The notes under the pieces: generated by a model
The model's input: the letters and a program-made list of their open reading frames with translations, nothing else
The model's database searches: none
Told to the model about the DNA's origin: nothing
Assembly: GCA_028284665.1 (NCBI GenBank)
Contig: JANQRG010000020.1
Location: 46,186-110,185 of the forward strand
From: Croceivirga sp.
GTDB taxonomy: Bacteria > Bacteroidota > Bacteroidia > Flavobacteriales > Flavobacteriaceae
DNA length: 64,000 bases
Direction of reading: 5' to 3'
In this document: piece by piece, positions 1 to 8,681 of the stretch
How the letters are laid out: each line of letters begins with the position of its first letter
Position numbering within the stretch: position 1 is the first letter of the stretch
Translations under genes and position numbers: made by a program

Positions 1-1
1 C

Positions 2-235
2 GATGGGCAGATCGACTTTAAAACCATTTTTTCGAAACTAACGCAATACGGTTGCGATGTTTGGGCCGTAATGGAGTGGGAGTGCTGTATCAAAAGCCCG
101 GAACAAGGGGCAAGAGAGGGAGCGAAGTTTATTGCCAGTCATATTATAGAAGCTACAGAGAAGACCTTCGATGATTTTGCAGGAGCAGAGATTGATCAGA
201 AAGAGTTGAAAAAAATACTTGGATTATCAAAATAA
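2..235 (+). CDS. Sugar phosphate isomerase/epimerase (xylose-isomerase-like TIM barrel), C-terminal fragment entering from the left edge
   Basis: Frame 2 is open from nt 2 to a TAA stop at 233-235. It translates as DGQIDFKTIFSKLTQYGCDVWAVMEWECCIKSPEQGAREGAKFIASHI..., which resembles the last strands of AP-endonuclease-2/xylose-isomerase-like TIM barrels. It is absent from the ORF track because there is no start codon in the window. Confidence 0.55.
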   Translation, partial: DGQIDFKTIFSKLTQYGCDVWAVMEWECCIKSPEQGAREGAKFIASHIIEATEKTFDDFAGAEIDQKELKKILGLSK

Positions 236-258
236 TCGGAACTATTGCTATACTCCTG

Positions 259-978
259 TTGCTTTTAACGGTAACTGCTGGTAAGACCGGTAAAGAGAAA
301 TTGAAAATTACCCAACCTATGGTGCAAAATGACATTAATGATCAGCAGGAGGATTGGGAAGTCCTTTTCGATGGAACTTCTTTTGAAGGATGGCATTTTT
401 ACAATGCAGGTGAAATAAAAGACCTCTGGAAATTAGAAGACGGAGCAATGGTATTCTATCCTCCGAAACGAAGGAAAAAAGGAACGAGCTTCAATATTGT
501 TACAGATAAGAAATATGAGAACTTTGTCCTTTCCCTGGAATGGAAAGTGTCAAAAGGCGGTAATAGTGGTATTTTCTGGGGTGTTTTTGAGGATGAAAGA
601 TTTGAACAACCTTACGAAACCGGCCCCGAAATTCAAGTGTTGGATGATGAGCGGCATCCGGATGCAAAGAATGGTACTACCCACCAGGCGGGAGCCTTAT
701 ATGACATGGTAGCGCCGTCAAAGCAAGTAGTGAAACCGGCAGGAGAATGGAATACCGTGGTTTTAACAGTGGATCATACTACCAACAAGGGTCAGGTGGT
801 GTGTAACGGGGAGGAAATTGCAGCGTTTCCTGTACACGGGCCTGAATGGGACAAGATGGTAGCTACTTCTAAGTTTGCGGATTGGGAAGGCTTTGGAAAG
901 TACCCAAAAGGAAAGATCGGATTACAGGACCATGGGGATATTGTGGCATATCGAAATATTAAAATCAAAAAATTATAA
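259..978 (+). CDS. DUF1080 / 3-keto-disaccharide hydrolase family protein
   Basis: The blocks WEVLFDGTSFEGW, NFVLSLEWKVSKGGNSGIFWG, GPEIQVLDD, THQAGALYD, GEWNT and GKIGLQDHGDIVAYRNIKIK are hallmark DUF1080 jelly-roll motifs. The start is uncertain: TTG 259, ATG 319, or a non-canonical codon further upstream. Confidence 0.85.
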   Translation: MLLTVTAGKTGKEKLKITQPMVQNDINDQQEDWEVLFDGTSFEGWHFYNAGEIKDLWKLEDGAMVFYPPKRRKKGTSFNIVTDKKYENFVLSLEWKVSKGGNSGIFWGVFEDERFEQPYETGPEIQVLDDERHPDAKNGTTHQAGALYDMVAPSKQVVKPAGEWNTVVLTVDHTTNKGQVVCNGEEIAAFPVHGPEWDKMVATSKFADWEGFGKYPKGKIGLQDHGDIVAYRNIKIKKL

Positions 979-979
979 G

Positions 980-1774
980 GTGCGTTTGACCATTTGTATT
1001 GTTGTACTATTTGCAATAGCAGTAGGCTGTAAGCCAATCCCTGAAAAGGAGTCAGGGTTAGAAGATAATCGGGTATCAATTCAGGATGAAGGCCCTACAA
1101 AACCTGAAGAAACGGAACTATTTAGTCCTATCCCCCCAAAAGTGGTTATTGACGCTAATGGCGTCCCGGATGATGCAATTGTTCTTTTTGACGGGAAACA
1201 TTTTGATGAATGGATAAGCGCTGCAGATAGTACGGAAGTGAAATGGGTTTTAAACACCGATGGAAGTATGACGGTGAAAGATAAAACAGGGGATATCCAG
1301 ACCCGACGAAATTTTGAAAATGTGCAACTTCACCTGGAATGGCGTTCTCCTTCCAAAATTCAGGGAAAGGGCCAAAGCAGGGGTAATAGTGGGGTGTTTT
1401 TACAGAACCGGTATGAAGTGCAGGTTTTGGACAACAATGACAACAAGACTTACGTAAATGGTCAGGTAGGAGCCATCTACAAACAATCTGTTCCCTATGC
1501 GATGGTTTCAAGACCTTCCGGGGAGTGGAACACCTATGATATTATTTACCATGCTCCGGAATTTGATGATGCAGGTGTAAAAACCAAATCGGCTACTATT
1601 ACCGTTTTACACAATGGCGTCTTGATTCAAGATCATTTCGAAATCCAGGGGACCACGGAATATATAGGATGGCCAAAAAATGAACCCCATGGGAAAGCCC
1701 CTATTCGTTTGCAGGATCATCGGGATAACAGCAGGGTAAGTTACCGTAATATTTGGATTAGGGAATTGGATTAG
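980..1774 (+). CDS. DUF1080 / 3-keto-disaccharide hydrolase family lipoprotein (tandem paralog)
   Basis: It shows the same block pattern: VLFDGKHFDEW, NVQLHLEWRSP..GNSGVFLQNRYEVQVLD, GAIYKQ, GEWNTYDI and IRLQDHRD..VSYRNIWIREL. I chose GTG 980 as the start because it gives a lipoprotein signal (VRLTICIVVLFAIAVGC) and avoids a 100-nt overlap with the upstream gene. The ORF track opens at 875. Confidence 0.8.
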   Translation: MRLTICIVVLFAIAVGCKPIPEKESGLEDNRVSIQDEGPTKPEETELFSPIPPKVVIDANGVPDDAIVLFDGKHFDEWISAADSTEVKWVLNTDGSMTVKDKTGDIQTRRNFENVQLHLEWRSPSKIQGKGQSRGNSGVFLQNRYEVQVLDNNDNKTYVNGQVGAIYKQSVPYAMVSRPSGEWNTYDIIYHAPEFDDAGVKTKSATITVLHNGVLIQDHFEIQGTTEYIGWPKNEPHGKAPIRLQDHRDNSRVSYRNIWIRELD

Positions 1775-1829
1775 TTGCCGTACCAACCGTTGAAATACCT
1801 AGTCTGATGAGTTGGAACTTCGATTTCCC

Positions 1830-1837
1830 TACCTTTG
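1830..1837 (+). promoter_or_regulatory. Bacteroidota-type -7 box (TACCTTTG) for yicC-gmk-nadD
   Basis: It matches TAnnTTTG, 19 nt upstream of ATG 1857, in the only gap ahead of three overlapping genes. Confidence 0.4.
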
Positions 1838-1856
1838 CCTAAAGTAGAGATACCCT

Positions 1857-2714
1857 ATGATTTTATCCATGACCGGCTATGGTAAGCAAAGTATACAGCT
1901 TCCCACAAAAAAAATTACCATAGAACTAAAGTCACTTAATAGCAAAAACCTGGATATCAATGCCCGGATTCCTCAGGGCTATCGCGAAAAAGAAATCGAA
2001 TTTCGAAAACTTTTGGCGGAACGATTGGTACGTGGGAAGGTGGATTTTGGATTATACGTGGAAATTACCGGAGAAGAGACCACAGCCGAGATCAATGAAG
2101 GTGTCGTGAAAAGATATATGGAGCAGCTGGGGAAAATTGCAAACGGGGATGCCATAAAGCTACTGGAGCTGGCACTTCGTATGCCGGATACTTTAAAAAC
2201 CGATAAGGATGCGCTTGATGAAGCGGAGTATTCAGCAATCAAAACCGGACTGCAACAGGCACTGGAGGCCTTGTTATCATTTCGGGAGGAGGAAGGAAAG
2301 GTATTGGATCGGGAGTTTAAATTGCGTTTGAAATTACTTAGGGAGTTGTTGCAACGGGTGATTGAAATGGACCCGGAGCGGTTGGAAAATGTCCGGGAAA
2401 AGCTGGAAAAGGCAGTGAAGGATCTACAAGCTGAGGTGGATACCAATAGGTTTGAACAAGAATTGATCTACTACCTGGAAAAGTATGATATCACGGAGGA
2501 GAAAGTGCGTCTAAAAAACCATTTGGATTATTTTGAAACCACCCTTGATACTAAGGAGTCTAATGGGAAAAAGCTGGCGTTCATAAGTCAGGAAATAGGA
2601 AGGGAAATTAACACAATTGGTTCGAAAGCAAATTTTGCACCCATGCAGCAGTTGGTAGTGCAAATGAAAGATGAGTTGGAAAAAATTAAGGAGCAACTAT
2701 TGAACGTTCTATGA
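1857..2714 (+). CDS. yicC: YicC/YloC family stress-induced protein
   Basis: The N-terminus reads MTGYG...TIELKSLNSKNLDI and the C-terminus reads EIGREINTIGSKA. The protein is 285 aa and lies directly upstream of gmk, which is the conserved yicC-gmk arrangement. Confidence 0.9.
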   Translation: MILSMTGYGKQSIQLPTKKITIELKSLNSKNLDINARIPQGYREKEIEFRKLLAERLVRGKVDFGLYVEITGEETTAEINEGVVKRYMEQLGKIANGDAIKLLELALRMPDTLKTDKDALDEAEYSAIKTGLQQALEALLSFREEEGKVLDREFKLRLKLLRELLQRVIEMDPERLENVREKLEKAVKDLQAEVDTNRFEQELIYYLEKYDITEEKVRLKNHLDYFETTLDTKESNGKKLAFISQEIGREINTIGSKANFAPMQQLVVQMKDELEKIKEQLLNVL

Positions 2715-3304
2715 GCAAAGGAGGGAAACTCATCCTGTTTTCAGCCCCCTCAGGCAGTGGTAAAACGACTATTGTCCGCTATCTTTTGGAACAACCGGAG
2801 TTGAATCTGGCCTTTTCCATCTCTGCCACCTCTCGCCCCAGAAGAACTAAGGAAAAGGATGGTGTTCACTACTATTTTATGACCACTTCAGAATTTAAAC
2901 AGCACATTAAAAAAGGCGATTTCCTGGAGTGGGAAGAAGTCTATCGCGATAGCTTTTATGGCACCTTAAAAAGTGAGGTAGAACGCCTTTGGGCCGCTGG
3001 TAAAAATGTAATTTTTGACATTGATGTGGCAGGTGGACTACGAATTAAGCGAAAATTCCCAAAAGAGACCCTTGCCGTTTTTGTGAAACCTCCTAGTGTA
3101 GATGAGCTGAAAATTCGGTTAAAAAAGCGAAGTACTGAAAGTGACGATAAAATCAATATGCGCATTGCCAAAGCCTCTGTTGAGCTAGCCACGGCACCAC
3201 AATTTGACAAGGTGATAAAAAATTACGATTTGGATATCGCTCTAAAAGAGGCGCATCAATTAGTGGCGGATTTTGTAGGGGTTACGAGAAAAGAAGAGGA
3301 ATGA
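2711..3304 (+). CDS. gmk: Guanylate kinase
   Basis: It has the P-loop SAPSGSGKTT, the TSRPRR..E.DGV.Y.F block, and a length of 197 aa. There is a 4-nt overlap with yicC. Confidence 0.95.
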   Translation: MSKGGKLILFSAPSGSGKTTIVRYLLEQPELNLAFSISATSRPRRTKEKDGVHYYFMTTSEFKQHIKKGDFLEWEEVYRDSFYGTLKSEVERLWAAGKNVIFDIDVAGGLRIKRKFPKETLAVFVKPPSVDELKIRLKKRSTESDDKINMRIAKASVELATAPQFDKVIKNYDLDIALKEAHQLVADFVGVTRKEEE

Positions 3305-3885
3305 AAAAAGTAGGCTTGTTTTTTGGCACTTTTAATCCTATCCACATTGGTCATTTGGTGATTGCCAATCACATGGTGGAGTTTTCCGATTTGGATGAAG
3401 TGTGGTTGGTAATTACGCCCAGAAGCCCCTTTAAACAAAAGCAATCCCTCCTGGATAATAACCATCGGTATCAAATGGTATATGAGGCGATAAAGGACTA
3501 TCCAAAATTAAAAGCAAGTAAAATTGAGTTTGACCTCCCACAACCCAACTATACGATAAATACCCTCTTGCATCTGGAAGAACACTATGGATCTGACTTC
3601 CAGTTTGCATTGCTTATGGGAGAGGATAACCTGAAGAGTTTTCACAAGTGGAAAAATTACGAAGCAATTCTAAAGAACTATGCTATTTACAGTTATCCTA
3701 GAGTTTCCCCGGGAGTGATCCCGGAAGCGCTGGAAGACCATCCAAAAATCCAGCATGTTAAGGCTCCAATTATGGAAATATCTTCCACTTTTATCCGGAA
3801 ACATCACAAGGCAGGAAAAAACATTCGGGCAATGCTACCCGACATGGTTTGGGAATATATGGATGAGATGAACTTTTACCGGTAG
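3301..3885 (+). CDS. nadD: Nicotinate-nucleotide adenylyltransferase
   Basis: It carries the GTFNPIHIGHL nucleotidyltransferase motif and ISST.IR near the C-terminus. The protein is 194 aa and overlaps gmk by 4 nt. Confidence 0.9.
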   Translation: MKKVGLFFGTFNPIHIGHLVIANHMVEFSDLDEVWLVITPRSPFKQKQSLLDNNHRYQMVYEAIKDYPKLKASKIEFDLPQPNYTINTLLHLEEHYGSDFQFALLMGEDNLKSFHKWKNYEAILKNYAIYSYPRVSPGVIPEALEDHPKIQHVKAPIMEISSTFIRKHHKAGKNIRAMLPDMVWEYMDEMNFYR

Positions 3886-3891
3886 GGAAAA

Positions 3892-5007
3892 TCACCTTTG
3901 TTTGGTGGAAACCATTCCCACCCTGCTGTCCGCAGTGCCGTAGTACAAATACCAGTGGTTCCTAAAGTACACTAATCCTTCAATGAAGGTAGTTCCATCG
4001 CTGTATTGCCCGGATTTTTCGAAAGGAAGTTCCGGCTGAATGAACGGTTGTGAGGAGCGATCCAGTAATTTCCAGGGTACTTTGGGATCGAAAAGGGCCT
4101 GCCCTCCGGTATATACTCTATTTCCCAAATCTTGAACACCCATGGGTTGACTGTTCCCCGCATTATAGAGCACTACAATACCATTTTTGGTGAGTATAGG
4201 CGGAGGCCCGGCTTCTACTAACCAGGAGTCAAAATAACCTGGCCTGGGGCTTAATACAGGAGCGAGGTTTCCTTCGTGGGTTTCTAATGGAATCCAATGG
4301 ATCAGGTCTTCAGAATGGGCCAACCAGATATGAGGAACTCCAAAATACATCCAATATTTACCATCTATTTTCGTGGCAATCAGTTTGTTTTCTTCAAGTC
4401 GGGTGAGGATTGCACCGGACTTTGTTTCCTGATTATGGTATTTCCCATTCTTATACTCTTCAAATATGGGGCCGTGCTTTGTCCAGTCCTTTAAGTTAGT
4501 AGAAGTGGCTACGGCCAATCTGGGAAATTTTCGGTTCCACTGCGTATAGGTCAGCACATAAAGACCTTCTTCCGTCTCCACCAGTCTGGGATCTTCCACG
4601 CCGCCAGGCCATTCATAGGGTTGCTGGTCATCCTGGGACGGATATAGGACCGGAGTTTGTTTTTTCATGAGGTTTATACCGTCCGTGGAATAGGCCATTC
4701 CAATTCTGGAACGGTGCCCACCAATTTCTTTGTCTCCCAATTTTTCTTCTGCTCTGTAGAGTACGAAAATCGTATCGGAGCGGACAATGGCGGCAGGGTT
4801 AAAGGTAGCCATAGACTCCCAGGAAACGGTTTGCTCCAGGAGCGGATCAAAAAAAGTGCTTAAGGTGTCTTTGGTAAGTATTGGGGATGCATTTGGTGGT
4901 CTGTGGAAAGGCCCTAACATCCATTCTTTTTCCATGTTTTGGCCAAATAACCCGATAAGGGAGCTTAAGAATAGCACTAATAGTAAATGATCTTTTACGA
5001 CCCCCAT
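3892..5007 (-). CDS. Glycoside hydrolase family 130 protein (exported)
   Basis: The motifs ATFNPAAIV, SRIGMAYSTDGI, GGVEDPRLV, LAVATS.NL.DW, GQALFD and LYYGTADSRV fit the GH130/DUF377 five-bladed propeller. A hydrophobic N-terminal signal (LLLVLFLSSLIGLFGQ) is present. Confidence 0.8.
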   Translation of the reverse strand: MGVVKDHLLLVLFLSSLIGLFGQNMEKEWMLGPFHRPPNASPILTKDTLSTFFDPLLEQTVSWESMATFNPAAIVRSDTIFVLYRAEEKLGDKEIGGHRSRIGMAYSTDGINLMKKQTPVLYPSQDDQQPYEWPGGVEDPRLVETEEGLYVLTYTQWNRKFPRLAVATSTNLKDWTKHGPIFEEYKNGKYHNQETKSGAILTRLEENKLIATKIDGKYWMYFGVPHIWLAHSEDLIHWIPLETHEGNLAPVLSPRPGYFDSWLVEAGPPPILTKNGIVVLYNAGNSQPMGVQDLGNRVYTGGQALFDPKVPWKLLDRSSQPFIQPELPFEKSGQYSDGTTFIEGLVYFRNHWYLYYGTADSRVGMVSTKQR

Positions 5008-5717
5008 GGATGTAAGATATCGGTGCCTAAATGCTCGTCATTTTTGTTGTAGTACCATTCACGGATTTTAGGCATCTTAATCCCATTGATCTCTTCTATC
5101 TCTTTCAATACAATGTATTCCCCGTCATTCTTGGATTCATCATGGAAAAACTGGTAAACTTCCATAGCGTAGGTTTTCGGATCGAAGTAGAAATACCATG
5201 TATCATCTCCCACCTTTTGATCGTATGTTACCTTAAGTACCAGGTACTCCTTTCCCTTAAAGGTTTTGGTTACTACGTTATCGTGAAGGATAGTGCCGCT
5301 ATCCTTCAATTTCATGGGTAACCCATAGAGGTAGGTATAATAATCACGATACATTTTTCCCCTTTCGCAACTTAGCCGGAACTTTTCTAAATCTTCCTTG
5401 GAAATTGTGGATGACCCATTCAACGAAATTTCGCAATGCTCCTTTCCAATTTTGTAAGCATAAGAATCCCCATCTTTGCGCACATCCAGATTAAAAACCT
5501 GTTTCGGCAAATCGATCGTGATCCTACTGGTCCTATCGCTGGTTTTGGGAGATTGCATGGTCACTTCAAGATTTCCTTGAAAGTTGTTCCAGTTTCCATC
5601 CGGGTCATGAAAATCAATCGCTTTTTGAAGTAATTCTGATCCTGAAATTTGCGCTAGGGATAATCCCGAGAAAAGGGCAAAAACAATAATGCAGCCAATG
5701 GTATGGGAACGTATCAT
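4995..5717 (-). CDS. Hypothetical exported protein
   Basis: This is a 240-aa ORF with an N-terminal signal peptide (IGCIIVFALFSGLSLAQ). I recognise no family motif. Its 3' end overlaps the GH130 start by 13 nt. Confidence 0.6.
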   Translation of the reverse strand: MIRSHTIGCIIVFALFSGLSLAQISGSELLQKAIDFHDPDGNWNNFQGNLEVTMQSPKTSDRTSRITIDLPKQVFNLDVRKDGDSYAYKIGKEHCEISLNGSSTISKEDLEKFRLSCERGKMYRDYYTYLYGLPMKLKDSGTILHDNVVTKTFKGKEYLVLKVTYDQKVGDDTWYFYFDPKTYAMEVYQFFHDESKNDGEYIVLKEIEEINGIKMPKIREWYYNKNDEHLGTDILHPWGS

Positions 5718-5728
5718 ATGAAAAAGAA

Positions 5729-8011
5729 TTACAGTTCTTTCTTCGCTACTCGGGCGGGTTCAATAGAACTATCATGTTCAATATAATACAATTCCAACAA
5801 TTTCATGATGGTCTTTATGATATCCTTTGTCTCTGTTAAAATAGAAAAATAGAGTGTGGTGTTTTTTGGACTCGATTCCTCGGTACGGGTCCTTGCTACC
5901 TGTTTTTCCATTTTTTGTGAAATCAGGTCTAAGTAATGATCTTTAGTGTTAAGCATACCCACAATACGGCCAAACGAGCGGTCCTCGAAAGTGGTTGAAG
6001 TATTCCCAAGCAGTTCTTCCAATTCCTGATCCAAGTGTTTTAGTTCTTTGATCTGATTGTATTTTAACTTCTTGTGATTATTGATCACGTGCGTATGGCT
6101 CAGTTTTGAGATGTATTCCAAAGACTGCGCAAGATCTTGTAATACACTTAAAAGGGTAATATAGAAGTTACTTGCTCCTCCTACACTAGCATCATCCAGG
6201 TTCTTAATAAAGTAAAAAACATTGTCTTTTAAATTATCGATCTCTTTGGAAAGTTTAACTACCCCCTTATTGTTTTTCTTCAGGTTGTCCAGATTGTGCT
6301 TGGCCAACCCATTGATCGCTCCGGTATATATGGTGTTACTTCTATTTACCACATTAGCGATCGTAGTGGCGCTTTCTTCAATAACTCCCTGTATCGAACT
6401 GCTTTCTGCCTTTCTCAAAATGTCTTCCACCTTGTATTCCCGGTTTTTTCGATTGTGCGACAGGTAGTTTCTGAGTAATAAAACCGCAGCAAAAACCAAA
6501 AGCAAGATAATCGCTACCAAACCAAACTGATGGATCAAATAGGCGATTGTTGCGGCGGAGACAAAGGCACAAATTGCTGTGAAAAACCATCCTCCAATAA
6601 CATTCAACACCCCGGCCACTCTATATACCGCGCTCTCTGCTCCCCAGGCCCTATCCGCAAGTGAGGTGCCCATTGCTACCATGAAGGTAACATAGGTGGT
6701 AGAAAGTGGCAATCGCATGGAAGTGGCAATGGAGATGAGGACACTGGCTACCATAAGGTTTACAGAAGCACGTACCATGTCAAAAGCAGGTTGTTCATGT
6801 TGTTTACCTTTCGGGATATACACCATGGGTTTTTCCAAACGCTTATTAACTTTGGATTTAAAGGAATTCGGGAATACTTCTCCCAAACTATCGAAGGCAC
6901 GTATAGAAAACTTCACAATCTGTCTGGACAGGAAATTGGGTTGAAAACGTTCTTCGCCTTCGCCTTCCCTTGCCAGGTTTATTTCGGTTTCGGTTACGTA
7001 CCGTGCTTTGGTCGAAAACCATAGTGTAAGGATCATAATAATCCCTGAGGCCAATAAAAGATATGTCGGTGTTTGAACAGCTGCGGATAAACCTTGCATG
7101 GAATACATCTCTGCCGCTATGCCTGATTCCTGCCAGGCCTGAAACGACTGTAAAGCTGCTATGGGGACCCCGATAAAGTTTACCAGATCGTTCCCGGCAA
7201 AAGCCATGGCCAAGGCAAAGGTTCCCAAGGTGATGATGATGCGGTAAATATTAATTTTGAAGTAGGAAGTAAGGATCAAAGACACCAGACTCCAAAGGAA
7301 AAAATTAATTACGATAAAGAGTTCAGGTTGCAGCGCAACAAACTCCAAAAGGGCACCGCTAAAAATGGCAGCACTCTTTAGTCCTTTAACAAGGATGAAG
7401 TAAATGATAGCGGTAATGGCAAGTCCGCCAAATACCGATCCCACCCATTTGGGCTGTGTCTTAAAATTGAAAGAGATCAAAATTCGAGAAAGGAACTGCA
7501 CTATAGCTCCTATGGTAAAGGCGATGGCAACCGAAAGCAGTATCCCCAAGATTATTTCCGTTGCTTTTTCAGTATTGATGTATCCTCCCAGGGCTTCCAT
7601 ACCTCCTCCATCGGCGGCTACTTTGATCAAAGCAATGGCTACCGCTGCCCCTAACAATTCAAAAACAATAGAAACCGTGGTAGAGGTGGGCATGCCCAGG
7701 GTATTAAAGAAATCTAACAAGAGCACATCCGTAATCATCACCGCCATGAATATGATTATAATTTCGGCAAAGACAAATTCCGAAGGATTAAATATGCCCT
7801 TCCTCGCAACCTCCATCATACCGCTGGAGGACATGGCACCAAAAGCAATGCCGATACTGGCAACGATCATTATGGTCCTGAAAGAAATAGCTTTGGAGCC
7901 CAAGGCGGAATTGAGGAAGTTAACAGCATCATTACTAACCCCAACTACTAAGTCCGTCACCGCGAGGATTCCCAAAGCAATGACCATAAAAATGTAAATG
8001 TTCTCGCCCAT
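5729..8011 (-). CDS. Inorganic phosphate transporter (PiT/PHO4 family) with long C-terminal helical domain
   Basis: The N-terminal roughly 520 aa are polytopic, with the PiT-type repeats GVSNDAVNFL and GNDLVNFIGVP. The C-terminal roughly 240 aa are hydrophilic and helical. Confidence 0.85.
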   Translation of the reverse strand: MGENIYIFMVIALGILAVTDLVVGVSNDAVNFLNSALGSKAISFRTIMIVASIGIAFGAMSSSGMMEVARKGIFNPSEFVFAEIIIIFMAVMITDVLLLDFFNTLGMPTSTTVSIVFELLGAAVAIALIKVAADGGGMEALGGYINTEKATEIILGILLSVAIAFTIGAIVQFLSRILISFNFKTQPKWVGSVFGGLAITAIIYFILVKGLKSAAIFSGALLEFVALQPELFIVINFFLWSLVSLILTSYFKINIYRIIITLGTFALAMAFAGNDLVNFIGVPIAALQSFQAWQESGIAAEMYSMQGLSAAVQTPTYLLLASGIIMILTLWFSTKARYVTETEINLAREGEGEERFQPNFLSRQIVKFSIRAFDSLGEVFPNSFKSKVNKRLEKPMVYIPKGKQHEQPAFDMVRASVNLMVASVLISIATSMRLPLSTTYVTFMVAMGTSLADRAWGAESAVYRVAGVLNVIGGWFFTAICAFVSAATIAYLIHQFGLVAIILLLVFAAVLLLRNYLSHNRKNREYKVEDILRKAESSSIQGVIEESATTIANVVNRSNTIYTGAINGLAKHNLDNLKKNNKGVVKLSKEIDNLKDNVFYFIKNLDDASVGGASNFYITLLSVLQDLAQSLEYISKLSHTHVINNHKKLKYNQIKELKHLDQELEELLGNTSTTFEDRSFGRIVGMLNTKDHYLDLISQKMEKQVARTRTEESSPKNTTLYFSILTETKDIIKTIMKLLELYYIEHDSSIEPARVAKKEL

Positions 8012-8142
8012 ATCAGCATTTCAAAGTAAGCAAAAATGCTACTATAATTCCTTTGAGATGTTAAAATAAAGTTATGAAAAGGGATGTGTTTTTCAATGAA
8101 AGGTACGGAACCAATGAATTCTTAACTAAAAGAAGGCCTTTC

Positions 8143-8532
8143 TCAGTCTTTTGCCGTTTTATCGGCTACTTTGATTTCTGTAGCATTGGCCTCCGATAAT
8201 AACAGACTTTCAGTTTGTAGTGACATCACTTGCAATGCCTCTTCAACAAGGGCAACCTCGCCTGATTTCACCTCAACGGCTACTTTCTTGGGTTCATAAC
8301 CCAAATAATTGATCTCAAGATGATATGAACCGGGTTGTACACCGGTGATCTCAAAATTGCCATAAAGATCGGTCTGCACTGTGATTCTGGCATCCTTAAC
8401 ACTAACATTGGCGAATAGCAACGGTTCTCCGGTGGCATTACCATCGGTAATCCGTCCATAGATGGATCCCGTCGACTGGCTAAACGCCAATTGACCTAAA
8501 ATGAGAGCAAAAACGAGAACAACTCTAAACAT
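8143..8532 (-). CDS. Carboxypeptidase-regulatory-like domain protein (exported)
   Basis: A signal peptide is followed by GSIYGRITDG..GEPL.FANV.......TDLYGNFEI..V.PG.Y.L, which is typical of the CarboxypepD_reg fold. The protein is 129 aa. Confidence 0.7.
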   Translation of the reverse strand: MFRVVLVFALILGQLAFSQSTGSIYGRITDGNATGEPLLFANVSVKDARITVQTDLYGNFEITGVQPGSYHLEINYLGYEPKKVAVEVKSGEVALVEEALQVMSLQTESLLLSEANATEIKVADKTAKD

Positions 8533-8681
8533 CCTTTTATGAAAACTGCAAAGAAAAGAAAGTAAGGTTAAGTAATGGTTATGTTGATGTTAATTCCATA
8601 GTTTACTAATAGTGATATACGAACTTTAATTCAATCGTATTGCTTCCTTAAAAATGTATCTTGCGGTGATAAATCATTTCA

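Noticed and set aside
7404-7997. A 197-aa ORF antisense to the PiT transporter gene.
   Set aside because: It lies entirely inside a well-supported 760-aa gene with clear PiT motifs. The antisense translation is low-complexity (A/I/P/S/T-rich), which is typical of the mirror frame of membrane proteins.
8015-8040. The hairpin AGCATTT-N12-AAATGCT in the leader of the PiT gene, considered as a possible phosphate-responsive element.
   Set aside because: The stem is 7 bp and AT-rich with a large loop. I could not recognise a Pho-box-like direct repeat, so the evidence is too weak to call.
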